From positions 62,868,001-62,932,000 of the forward strand of contig CM126207.1 of NCBI GenBank assembly GCA_052327205.1: 64,000 nucleotides of DNA, written 5' to 3'. Origin of the DNA: Somniosus microcephalus (taxonomy: Eukaryota). Below, piece by piece: positions 1-12,451 of the stretch (positions are counted from its first letter, which is position 1; each line of letters starts with the position of its first letter). The position numbers were made by a program, and so were the translations under genes. Below the pieces are notes generated by a model. The model had not been told where the DNA came from and did no database searches. It was given only the letters and a program-made list of their open reading frames with translations.

Positions 1-319
1 TCCTTTCCATTGAACCTGTGAATGCTCAGTATCCAAGTGCCAAGTGCAAAGGACAGGAAAATGGGACAGAGACCCATAATACCCCCATAATGTCACCCTG
101 GGATTTCCAGGGCATCCCCTCGCGGGTTGGGGGTAGGGAGTGGTGGAGTGTCTGCACCTAGAACAGGCACAGGCAAAAGCAATAATGGAAACGAGGTGGC
201 TTGGAGCATTTCTGCTCTCCTGCTTCAGTCCTCCAGGCTCACCTAAAAGGTATCCATTTTGAGGTTGTCAGAAGAAGTTGGTGATAGACCTTGCACCTCA
301 GATTCGAAGCAGCAAGGCA

Positions 320-1195
320 AGTGAAAAAGCTCTTCCTGATTTCACTCCTAAATGTCTACCTCTAAATTTAAAATTACGCCCCCTTGTTCTGGATTCCCCC
401 AACATGAGGAAATAGTTTCTTTGTATCTACTTGCTTAAAACCTGTTACATCTCTAACTCTTGCCAGTTCTGAAGAAAGGTCATCGACCTGAAACATTATC
501 TCTGTTTCTTTCTCCACAGATGCTGCCTGGCCTAAAAACAGAAAATGCTGTAAATACTCAGCAGGTCAGACCTGCTGAGTATTTCCAGCATTTTCCCTTT
601 TTATATCTTTCCTGATGTTCTGTGCCAAAAACTGAACACAGATCTCCAGATGGGGCTGACCAAGGCTCTGTACAACTGAAGCATCAATTCCTCACTTTTG
701 TACTCCAACCCCCCTTGAGATAAAGGCTAACATTCCTTTAGCCTGTTTGATTACTTTTTGTACCTATGCACTAGCTTTTAGTGATGTGTGTGCATGGACA
801 ACTAAATCTCTTTGCTCTTCCAGAGCTCCTAGCCTCTCACCATTAAAAAAATATTCTGATTTGTCTTTCGCGGATTCAAAGTGGATCACCTCACACTTCC
901 CCATATTTAACTCCATCTGCCAGAGTTTTGCTCACTCATTCAGTCTATCTATGTCCCTTTGTAACTTCCTGCTCCCATATACCCAACTTACTGTGCCTCC
1001 TAACTTAATGTCATCTGCAAACTTGGATATTCAACTTTCTTTTCCTTCATCCAAGTCATTAATATGTGAAAAACTGAGGCCCCCGTATAGATCTCTGGCG
1101 AATGCCACTTGTTACAGCCCGACAATCAGAAAATGTTCCCTTTATCCCTACACTCTGTCTCCTACCTCCCAACCAATTACCAATCCATGTCAGAG
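320..1195 (-). mobile_element. Degenerate CR1 LINE fragments (RT C-terminal part and 3' region)
   Basis: Minus frames resemble CR1 ORF2 (WIGNWLGGRRQSVGIKGTFS, KFADD-like). Interrupted at about 440-605. Confidence 0.8.
442..605 (+). mobile_element. Penelope-type terminal fragment with hammerhead-like core and fold-back
   Basis: CTGAAGA-a-AGGTC-atc-GACCT-GAAAC at 469-494; imperfect inverted repeat at 534-604. Confidence 0.6.
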
Positions 1196-2345
1196 GTGCA
1201 GTGGAATTGTTCCATTGGCTCAGACTTTCAGTGGGGAAAGGATATGCTGATGCCTTGCTTGCAATTGGAGTTTTCTTGCAGGGATGGAGCAGAGAAATTA
1301 AAACCACCCCAATAAGTTTTAGTCAGGAATCAATTGGTCATACATGCAATAATATGTCTGTGAGACAGCCTGTTAAATTATTCCTGCTGAAAAAGAAGTA
1401 TTTTCTTCCTTCCACAAGTGTGCTGTTGAATCTGTGCAATTCTTATCTGTACCTGGACTGAAGTATGTTAGGGAAGACCAATGTGTTAGTAGCAAATAAA
1501 CTTTATTCAGTTGTTTAAGAAAATCCACTTCTAACTAGTGCTAATTGCTTTGTATCATTCATAAGTCAGAACCTTAGGTGAAAAGGGTCTTAAGTATATC
1601 CCTAATAAATAGACCTACTCCCCTTACACCGAGACACAAAAGTCCTGCAACAGATGTTGGCCCGAATTGGACCCATTTTGGGGTCTATTTGAGGCAGATT
1701 TGATTTTAATGGGATGGAAATAGGGTGGGTTCTACAAAGAGCAGAGGATCTGCTCTGCCAGGTGGCTAATTTGAAAATGGCCCCCAGTGACATCTGCACC
1801 AACTCCTTGCAGGCACAGGCTCAAAGGAGCTACTGCTGGAGTGCACAGTGGCATTCCCTTTGAAGAAACAGTTGCTAAATGCAAGGGCATTGCAATAAAT
1901 TGAGAACGCACATAAAACTGAGATACTTCTTACAGAACCATTACAATTTTATGACATCTGCCAACTGAAGGTTTTCAACAGATGTATTCTTTTGTTGCAT
2001 ATTTCTGAAAAGATTCCATTAGGAAAATATTTCTTTAGGGAAAGAATGAGTTTCATGACATGTATCTATTGAATTTTTTAGCAACTGTTTATCCATGTAC
2101 TTAACAAGGCAGACAGCTAAATGTAATTGAATTGCTTTCCAATTTCTTTTGGAAAAGTTACTTTTTTCATTTTTCTATTGGACGCTTTCAACTAATGTGC
2201 TTTCTTCGTGCTTTTAAGAAGGCAACGAAATGGAACAAAATTGCTTCACTACGTTTCTTTTGTGATGGACTAGATTTTTTATGATTTATCTACTGAAGAT
2301 TTTGAAATAATGTCTCAAATATGCAAACAAGAGCTAGATGAAATG

Positions 2346-5203
2346 TAAGAAGCAGAAGAAATAGGAGCAGGAGTAGGCCATACGACCCCTTGAGCCTGCT
2401 CCGGTATTCAATAAGATCATGGCTGATTGTAGATCTCAACTTCGATTTCCCGCCCGATCTCCATATCCCTTGATTCCCCTAGAGTCCAAAAATCCATCTA
2501 TCTGAGCCTTAAATATACTCAAAGACTCAGCAGCCACATCCCTCTGGGGCAGAGATTTCCAAAGATTCACAACCCTCTGAGTGAAGAAATTCCTCCTCAT
2601 CTCAGTCTAAAATGGCCTACCCCTTATCCTGAGACTATGCCCCCTCGTTCTAGACACTCCAGCCAGGGGAAACAACCTCTCAGCGTCTACCCTGTCAATC
2701 CCCTTCAGAATCTTGTATGTTTCAATTAGACCACCTCTCATTCTTCTAAACTCCAGAGAGTATAGGCAGGCCCATCCTACACAGTCTCTCATCATAGGAC
2801 AGCCCTCTCATCCCAGGAATCAATCTAGTGAACCTTTGTTGCACTGCCTCCAAGGCAAGTATATCCACATTTCAGCGCCCACGCGTTTCAGCACCCCTCC
2901 CCTTCCGTTAAAGGGGAGGGATGCTACGAGCTCTGCAGGGCCTCTGATGGCCCACACTATCCCACCAGGGTGGTGTAGTGTCTTGGCTGCAGCCCGGCAC
3001 AAAGACGCAGTGCTGGGCTGTGCGATGACAGCCATGGACCACACCAAGGGCTGCCACGGAGGGCCGACCTGGAGGTTGGCCAAAAAAAATTAAATGGCTG
3101 CGCGGGTCGCGGCCACACCTCCCTTTAATTAGCGGAGGTTGGCCTGGCTCGCGACCCGCGAAGCTGCCGCTGACACTGCCCGTGGCAGCCTCGCGGGGCG
3201 CAGCTGAATTTCTGCCGCCGCTGCACAGCAGCTCGGGGCACAACGCTATTGGGTAGCGCCTCAGTAGCGCCCTGCCTAATTTTTGAGTGCGCTCGCCCCC
3301 GTCCAGGCGATAAGCCCTTTGCACCCCGTTAACACCTGCCGGAAGCGCTAACGGCAGGCGCAAAGGAGCCGAATTTCACAGCCGTTGTGTTCTCCTCACA
3401 GCTTACTGTCCCACCTAGCTTTGTATTGTCAGCAAACTTGGATACATTGCACTCGGTCCCTTCATCTAGGTCATTAATATAGATTGTAAATAGCTGAGGC
3501 CCTAGCACTGATCCTTGCGACACCCCTAGTTACAGCCTGCCAACCTGAAAAAGACCCATTTATCCCTACTCTCTGTTTTCTGTCCATTAACCAATCCTCT
3601 ATCCATGCTACTCTATTACCCCCAAACCCATGAGCCCTTTTCTTGTGTAATAACCTTTTAGGTGGAACCTTATCGAATGCCTTTTGGAAATCCAAATATG
3701 CTACATCCACTGGTAGTTACATCCTCAAAAAACCTTAATAAATTTGTCAAATACGATTTCCCTTTCATAAAACCATGTTGACTCTGCCTAATCATGTTAT
3801 GATTTTCTAAGTGCCCTGATACCACTTCCTTAACAATGGATTCCAGCATTTTCCCGATGACTAATGTCAGGCTCACTGGCCTGTAGTTCCCTGTTTTCAC
3901 TCTCCCTCCTTTCTTGAATAGCGGTGTTACATTTGCTACCTTCCAATCTGCTGGGACCGTTCTAACATCTAGGGAATTTTAGAAGATCAAAACCAATGCA
4001 TCCACTTATCTCTGCAGCCACCTCTTTTAGAACCCTAGGATGTAGGCCATCAGGTCCGGAGGATTTGTCAGCTTTTAGTCCCATTAGTTTCTCTAGTACT
4101 TTTTCTCTACTTATATTAATTACGTTAAGTTCTTCACCCTCATTAGACCCTTGGTTCCCCACCATTTTTGTGTCTTCTACTGTGAAGACAGATACAAAAT
4201 ATTTGTTTAACGTTTCTGCCATTTCCTTATTCCCCATAATAATTTCTCCCGTCTCAGACTCTAAGGGACCAACGTTTACTTTTGCTACTCTCTTCCTTTT
4301 TACATACTGTAGAAGCTCTTACAATCTGCTTTTATATTGCTTGCTAGTTTTCTCTCATTCTATTTTTTTCCCTTTTTATCAATTTTATGGTCATCCTTTG
4401 CTGGTTTATGAAACTCTCCCAATCCTCAAGCTTACTGCTATTCTTCGCAACATTATAAGCTTCTTCTTTCAATCTAATGCTATCCTTAACTTTTTTAGTT
4501 AGCCACGGATGGATCACTTTTCCTGTGGAGTTTTTGTTTCTCAATGGAATGTATTTTTGTTGATAATTATGAAATATTTCTTTAAATGCTAGTCACTGCT
4601 TATCGACCACCATACCTTTTAATCTATTTTTCCAATCTACCTTAGCCAGCTCGCCTCTCATACCTATGTAATTGGCTTTATTTAAGTCAAGTCACTCTCA
4701 AACCTAATGTGAAATTCTATCATATTATGATTAGTCTGCCCCAGAGGATCCTTTACTATGAAATTGCTAATTAACCCTGTCTCATTACACAATACAAGAT
4801 ATAAAATAGCCTGTTCCCTGGTTGGTTCCATGATCTATTGTTCCAGGAAACTGTCCCGAATGCATTCCATGAACTCGTCCTCCAGACTACCTTTGCCAAT
4901 TTGATTTGTCCAGTCTATATGAAGATTAAAGTACCCCAATTTTACCATTTGTTACAAGCTCTTACTATTTATTGATTAATATTCTGTCCAACGGTATAGC
5001 TACTGTTAGGGGGCCTATATACTGCTCCACCAGTGTTTTCTGCCCCTTGTTATTCCTTATCTCCACCCATACTGATTCTACTTCCTGATCTTCAGAGCCG
5101 AGGTCCTTTCTCTCTACTGTCATTATGTCATCCTTTATTATCAGGGCTACTCCCCCTCCTTTCCCATTCTTCCTGTCTTTTTGAAACATCACGTACCCTG
5201 GAA
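2346..5203 (-). mobile_element. CR1 LINE A, 3' part (3'UTR, RT, distal endonuclease), pseudogenised
   Basis: ORF fragments [32 protein letters not shown] and a CR1 3'UTR. Breaks at IPGY in the endonuclease; the remainder is at 16284-16860. Confidence 0.92.
2867..3383. mobile_element. One-ended Harbinger-derived insertion in CR1 A with adjacent deletion
   Basis: Ends GAATTTCACAGCC (Harbinger-like TIR) at the CR1 EE(D/N)T site. CR1 sequence between that site and the RKDI region is missing. Confidence 0.65.
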
Positions 5204-5770
5204 CCACAGCAGCAGCAGCAGTGCGGACCTGGGAGGAGCAGCGAGGCGGCAGCAGTGGTATAAAGTGAGCCCGAGGCGCAGGTAGGCCCCACAGCAGCAG
5301 CAGCAGCGCCGACCTGGGAGGAATGGCGAGGCAGCAGCGGTGGTATAAAGTGAGCCCGAGGCACAGGTAGGCCCCACAGCAGCAGCAGCAGCGCCGACCT
5401 GGGAGGAATGGCGAGGTAGCAGCGGTGGTATAAAGTGAGCCCGAGGCGCAGGTAGGCCCCACAGCAGCAGCAGCAGTGGCAGCAGTGCCGACCTGGGAGG
5501 AATGGCGAGGCAGCAGCGGTGGTATAAAGTGAGCCCGAGGTGCAGGTAGGCCCCACAGCAGCAGCAGCGGCAGTGCGGACCTGGGAGGAGCGGCAGTGGT
5601 GGTATAAAGTGAGCCCGAGGCGCAGGTGGGCCCCACAGCAGCAGCAGTGCGGACCTGGGAGGAGTGGCGAGGTGGCAGCGGCGGTATAAAGTGAGCCTGA
5701 GGCGCAGGTGGGCCCCACAGCAGCAGCAACGGCGGCAGTGCGGACCTGGGAGGAGCGGCGAGGGAACAGC
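5204..5770 (+). repeat. About 85-bp tandem monomers (6 full + 1 partial) forming the CR1 B 5'UTR
   Basis: Units start near 5204, 5289, 5374, 5459, 5553, 5633 and 5715. Each full unit has (CAG)n, GGTATAAAG and CAGGTRGG. Confidence 0.93.
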
Positions 5771-5953
5771 GGTACCAACTCGGCACCGGCAGAATTTTCA
5801 AAGAATGACATCAGAAGTCAAAAGTGACGTCGACACAAGGGGGGGGGGGGTGGAGGGAGGATTGGTGAGTATCTGGTAAGTGTTTAAACTTGGTTTTCTC
5901 AGAGTTTTAAGTTTATTCCAGGTAGGTTAGTAAATAGTCTGTTAATTAGAGGT

Positions 5954-6874
5954 ATGGCAGGGGAGCTCACACCCGTGGAATGCACATCCTGTGCCATGTG
6001 GGAAGTCCTGGACACCTCCCATTGTCTGGCCGACCACATGTGTGGGAAGTGTCGTCAGCTACAGCAGCTCAAGCAGAGGTTACGGAGCTTGAGCGGCGGC
6101 TGCAGTCACTGCTGTGCATCCGCGAGGCTGAGAGCTACGTGGATAGCACGTTTCGGGAGGTGGTCACCCCGCAGCTTAAGAGCGTGCGGGCAGAGAGGGA
6201 ATGGGTGACCGCCAGACAGGTAGCGCAAGAGTCACCTGAGCCCATCTTGCTCAACAACCAGTATTCGGTGCTGAATACTGGTGAGGGCGATGGTTCCTCT
6301 GGGGAGTGCAGCCAGAGCACCATGGAAGGATCAGCTGCACGGGGGGTGGGGAGGAGGAGAGGGAGAGCAATAGTGATAGGGGATTCAATAGTTAGGGGAG
6401 CAGACAGGCATTTCTGCAGTCGCAGACGTGACTCCAGGATGGTATGTTGCCTCCCTGGTTCCGGGGTCAAGGATGTCACTGAACGGCTGCAGGGCATTCT
6501 GAGGGGGGAGGGTGAACAGCCAGAGGTCGTGGTCCATATCGGTACCAGCGACATAGGTAGAAAGAGACATGAGTTCCTGCAGGCAGAGTTTAGGAAGCTA
6601 GGAAAAAGGTTAAAAAGCAGGACCTCAAAAGTTAGTAATCTTTGGATTACTACCAGTGCCACGTGCTAGTGAGTACAGAAATAGGAAGAGAGAGAAGATG
6701 AATGTGTGGCTGGAGAGATGGTGTTGGAGGAAGGGCTTTAGATTCCTGAGGAATTGGAACCATTTCTGGGGGAGGTGGGACCTCTACAAGCCAGGCGGGT
6801 TGCACCTCAACAGGAACGGGACTAATATCCTCACAGGAGGATTTGCTAGTGCTGTTGGGGAGGGTTTAAACGAG
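5954..6874 (+). pseudogene. CR1 B ORF1 (Zn finger, coiled coil, SGNH esterase), frameshifted
   Basis: CTSC...CGKC, IGDSIVRG, HIGTSD, GLHL. Frameshifts near 6078 and 6642. Confidence 0.88.
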
Positions 6875-7977
6875 CTTGGCAGGGGGATGGGAACCCGAGG
6901 GTAGGAGCTGAAGGGAGAAAAGCTAAGCTGGAAATAGATGATAGGGGTTCAGGTAATGGGGTATTTAGGAAGGCAAAGAGAAAAGAAAAGGCAATAGAGC
7001 AGGACAACGACAGGGGTAACGATAGCCAGAAAGTATCAGGAAGGGGCAGAGCGTACAAGCATAAGAGTGCACCAGAAAATTAAAGGCTCTTTATCTGAAT
7101 GCACACAGCATTCATAACAAGATAGATGAGTTGATGGCACAAATAGAAATAAATGGGTATGATCTGATAGCCATTACAGAGAGGTGGTTGCAAGGTGACC
7201 AAGGCTGGGAACTGAATATTCAGGGGTATTTGACATTTCGGAAGGATAGGCAGAAAGGAAAAGGAGGTGGGGTAGCTCTGTTAATAAAGGATGAGATCAC
7301 TGCAGTGGTGAGGAATGATATTGGCTCAGAAGCTCAAGATGTTGAATCAGTTTGGATAGAGATAAGAAATAGTAAAGGTAAGAAGTCACTGGTGGGAGTA
7401 GTCTATAGGCCCCCTAATAGTAGCTGCACTGTAGGACAGAGTATAAATCAAGAAATAATGGGGGCTTGTAAGAAAGGTACTGCAATAATCATGGGCAATT
7501 TTAATCATCATATAGATTGGACAAATCAAATTGGTAAGGGTAGCCTTGAGGATGAGTTCATAGAGTGTATTCAGGGTGGTTTCTTAGAGCAATACATTGA
7601 GGAACCAACCAGGGAACAGGCTATTTTAGATCTGGTAATGTGTAATAAGACAGGATTAATGAATGATCTCATAGTAAAGGATCCCCTAGGAAAGAGTGAT
7701 CATAGCATGTTAGAATTTCAAATTCAGTTTGAGGGTGAGAAACTTAGGTCTGAAACTTGTGTCCTAAACTTAAATAAAGGCAATTACAAGGGTATGAGGA
7801 CAGAGTTGGCTAAAGTGGACTGGGAAAATAGATTAAAGGGTAAGACGGTAGATCAGCAGTGGCAGACATTTAAGGAGATATTTCATAAATCTCAGCAAAG
7901 GTGTAGTCCAGTTAGAAAGAAAGGCTCAACGAGAAGGATGCACCATCCATGGCTAACTAAGGAAGTTAAGGATGGTA

Positions 7978-8231
7978 CAGGTTGAACCCCAGTAATCCGG
8001 CAACCGATGGTCCGGCACCTTCAGTGGTCCGGCACGAATTGAAACCGGCGGTCTTTAGTTTGCGGAGCAGCCGCTCAGTGGCGCCACTGTTTCCCGCGAT
8101 ATAAACAAACATAATATTGTACCTAATATTGTTATTTAGGTGTTATTTACCAAACCTTGAGTGGTTCGGAATTTTCAATGGTCCGGCACCGGCCTTGTCC
8201 CGAGGGTGCCGGATTACCGGGGTCCAACCTG
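7978..8231. mobile_element. Tc1/mariner (Tigger/pogo-like) MITE
   Basis: TA TSD; termini CAGGTTGAACCCC / GGGGTCCAACCTG. Removing it restores CR1 gatggTAtcaaa. Confidence 0.88.
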
Positions 8232-9487
8232 TATCAAACTGAAAGAAAAGGCATACAATGTTGCGAAGATTAGTGGTAGGCCAGAGGATTGGGAAATTTT
8301 TTGAAACCAGCAAAGGATGACTAAAAAAATTATAAAGAGGGCGAAGATAGAGTATGAGAGTAAACTAGCAAATAATATAAAAACTGACAGTAAGAGCTTC
8401 TTCAGGTATATAAAAAGGAAGAGAGTAGCTATAGTAAACACTGGTCCCTTAGAGGATGAGACTGGGGAATTAATAATTGGAAATAGAGAAATGGCAGAGA
8501 CTCTAAACAATTATTTTGGATCGGTCTTCACGGTAGAAGATACTAAATAATCCCAATAATAATAGATAATCAAGGGGCTATAGGGAGGGAGGAACTTAAA
8601 ACAATCTCTATCACTAGAGAAAAAGTACTGGCAAACGAATGGGGCTAAAGGCCGACAAGTCCCCTGGACCTGATGGCCTGCATCCTAGAGTCTTAAAAGA
8701 AGTGGCTGCAGAGATAGTGGATGCGTTGGTTGTAATCTACCAAAATTCCCTGGATTCTGGAGAGGTCCCAGCGGATTGGAAAACCGCAAATGTAACGCCA
8801 CTATTCAAGAAAGGGTGGAGACAGAAAGCAGGAAACTATAGGCCAGTTAGCCTAACATCTGTCATTGGGAAAATGTTGGAATCCATTATTAAGGAGGTAA
8901 TAGCAGGATATTTAGAAAATCATAAGACAATCAAGCATGGTTGTATGAAAGGGAAATCATGTTTGACAAATTTGCTAGAGTTCTTTGAGGATGTAACAAA
9001 CAGGGTGGATAAAGGGGAACCAGTGGATGTGGTGTATTTGGATTTCCAGAAGGCATTTGATAAGGTGCCACATAAAAGGTTACTGCACAAGATAAGAGTG
9101 CACGGTGTTGGGGGTAATATTTTGGCATGGATAGGGGATTGGCTAACTAACAGAAAACAGAGAGTCGGGATAAATGGGTCATTTTCCAGTTGGCAACCAG
9201 TAACTAGTGGGGTGTCACAGGGATCGGTGCTGGGGCCTCAACTATTTACAATCTATATTAATGACTTGGATGAAGAGACCGAGTGAAGATACAAAGATAG
9301 GTGGGTTAGCAAGTTGTGAGGAGGCCACAAAGGGCTCGATTTGGTCAATGGGGAGCTTTTGGAGGCATAGAAATATAGAAGATAGGAGCAGGAGTAGGCC
9401 ATTTGGCCCTTCGAGCCTGCTCCGCCATTCAATGAGATCATGGCTGATCATCCAAATTCAGTACCCTGTCCCTGCCTTCTCCCCATA

Positions 9488-12451
9488 TCACTTGATCCCT
9501 TTTGCCTTAAGAAATATATCCAACTCTTTCTTGAATATATTTAATGAACTGGCCTCCACCGCCCTCTGTGGCAGAGAATTCCACAGGTTCACCACTCTCT
9601 GGGTGAAGAAATTCCTCCTCATTTCAGTCCTAAATGGCTTACCCCTTATCCTTAAACTATGACCCCTGGTTATTGACTCCCCGGCCATCAGAAACATCCT
9701 TCCTGCATCTAGTCTGTCCAGGCCTGACAGAATTTTATAGGTTTCGATGAGATCCCTTCTCAATCTTCTAAACTCCAGTGAGTATAAGCCCAATCGACAC
9801 AATCTCTCCTCATACGTCATTCCTGCCATCCCAGGTATCAACCTGGTGAATCTTCGCTGCACTCCTTCCATGGCAAGAACGTCCTTCCTCAGGTAAGGCG
9901 ACCAAAACTGCACACAATACTCAAGGTGCGGTCTCACCAAGGCCCTGTACAACTGTAGCAAGACATTCTTGTTCCTGGGCTCGAACCCTCTTGCTACGAA
10001 GGCCAACATACCATTTGCCTTCTTAACCGCCTGCTGCACCTGCATGCTTACCTTCAGTGACTGGTGCACAAGAACACCCAAGTCTCTTTGCACTTCCCCT
10101 TCTCCCAATCTATTGCCATTCAAATAATAATCTGCCTTCCTGTTTTTGCCACCAAAGTGGATAACCTCACATTTATCCACATTATAGTGCATTTGCCATG
10201 TTTCTGCCCAATCACCCAACCTATCCAAATCGTACTGGAGTTTCACAACATCCTCCTCGCAGCATACCCTCCCACCCAGCTTTGTGTCGTCTGCAAATTT
10301 GGAGATATTACATCCAATTCCCTCGTCCAGATCATTAATATATATTGTGAACAGCTGGGGTCCTAGGACCGATCCTTGCGGTACCCCACTAGTCACTGCC
10401 TGCCACTCGGAAAACGACCCGTTTATTCCAACTCTTTGCTTTCTGTCCGCCAACCAGTTCTCTATCCAAGTCAATACCTTGCCCCCAATCCCATGTGCCT
10501 TAATTTTGCACGCTAATCTCTTATGTGGGACCTTATCGAAAGCCTTCTGAAAGTCCAAATACACCACATCCACTGGTTCTCCCTTATCTATTTTACCAGT
10601 TACATCCTCAAAAAATTCCAGTAGATTAGTCAAGCATGATTTACCTTTTGTAAATCCATGTTGACTTTGTCCGATCCTGTCACTGTTTTCCAAATGCTCT
10701 GCTATTACATCTTTTATAATGGACTCTAGCATTTTCCCTACTACCGATGTCAGGCTTACCAGTCTATAATTCCCCGCTTTTTCTCTACCACCTTTTCTGA
10801 ATAGTGGGGTAACATTAGCTACCCTCCAATCCATGGGTACTGTTCCAGAGTCTATCGAGTTCTGGAAGATGACCAGCAATGCATCTACTATTTCTAGGGC
10901 CACTTCCTTAAGTACCCTGGGATGTAGATTATCAGGCCTTGGGGATTTATCGGCCTTCAGTCCCATCAATTTTCCTAACACCATTTCCCTACAAATACTG
11001 ATTTCTTTCAGTTCCACCCTTTCATCAGACCCTATGTTCCCCGGCATCTCTGGGAGGTTATTTGTGTCTTCCTTTGTGAAGACAGAACCAAAATATGTAT
11101 TTAGTTGGTCTGCCATTTCTTTGTTCCCCATTATAAATTCCCCCGATTCTGACTGCAAGGGACCTACGCTTGACTTCACCAATCTTTTTCTCTTCACATA
11201 TCTATAAAAGCTTTTACAGTCAGTTTTTATGTTCCCTGCAAGCTTACTCTCATATTCTATTTTCCCTTTCTTAATTAATCCCTTTGTCCTCCTTTGTTGA
11301 ATCCTAAACTGCTCCCAATCCTCAGGATTATTGCTTTTTCTGGCCAATTTATATGTCCTCTCCTTGGATCTTATGCTATGTCTAATTTCCCTTGTTAGCC
11401 ACAGTTGAGTCACCTTTTGGTTTAATTTTTATGCCAAACTGGGATGAACAAATTCTGTAGCTCATCCATTCGGTCTTTGAATGTTTGCCATTGCCTATCC
11501 ACCGTCAACCCTTTGAGTGCCATTCCCCAATCAATCCTACCCAACTCGCTCCTCAGACCATCGTAGTTTCCTTTATTTAAATTGAGGACCCTTGTCTCTG
11601 AGTCAACTACTTCATTCTCCATCTTAATGAAGAATTCGATCACATTATGATCGCTCCGACCCAAGGGGCCTCGTACAAGGTACAAGATTGCTAATTAAAC
11701 CTTTCTCGTTACATAATACCCAGTCTAAGATGGCCTGATCTCTGGTTGGTTCCTCGACATATTGGTCCAGGAAACCATCCCGTAAACACTCCAGGAATTC
11801 CTCCTCCACAGTATTGTTACTAATTTGGTTGGCCCAATCTATATGTAGATTAAAGTCACCCATGATGACTGCTGTGCCCTTATTGCACGCTTCTAATTTC
11901 CCATTTAATGCCATCCCCAACCTCCGCCTTACTGTTTGGAGGTCTATATACCACTCCCACTAACGTTTTTTCCCCTTGGTATTCCTCAATTCTACCCATA
12001 CAGATTCCACCTCATCAGAGCTAATATCCTTCATTACAATTGTGTTAATCCCTTCTTTAACCAGTAATGCTACCCCACCTCCCTTTCCTTTTTGCCTATC
12101 TTTCCTGAATATCGAATACCTCTGAATGTTGAGTTCCCAGTTTTGGCCATCCTTGAGCCACGTTTCCGTAATCCCAACCAAATCATATTCGTTTACCTCT
12201 ATTTGCGCAGCCAATTCATCCACCTTATTACAAATGCTCCTCGCATTAAGACACAAAGCCTTCAAGCTTGTTTTTTTAACGCTCTTAGACCTATTAGAAT
12301 TATTATTTACTGTGGCCACGTTTGATTTAAACCGTTGATTTCTCTGACTGCCACTTCTGTTTTTCTCCTTCCTATCTTTTGCTTTTATCCTTGTTTCCCT
12401 TTCCTCTGTCTCCCTGCTCAGGTTCCCAACCCCCTGCCATTTTAGTTTAAA
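9488..12451 (-). pseudogene. CR1 C ORF2 (APE endonuclease + reverse transcriptase); 641-codon RT part uninterrupted, endonuclease frameshifted
   Basis: [40 protein letters not shown]. Confidence 0.93.

Noticed and set aside
5204-5770. CRISPR-like periodicity
   Set aside because: Whole units repeat with no unique spacers; eukaryotic context with no cas genes.
4965-5811. Long Pro/Ala/Cys-rich minus-strand ORFs (278 and 227 aa)
   Set aside because: Read-through of the 85-bp GC-rich tandem monomers; only the tail is CR1 endonuclease.
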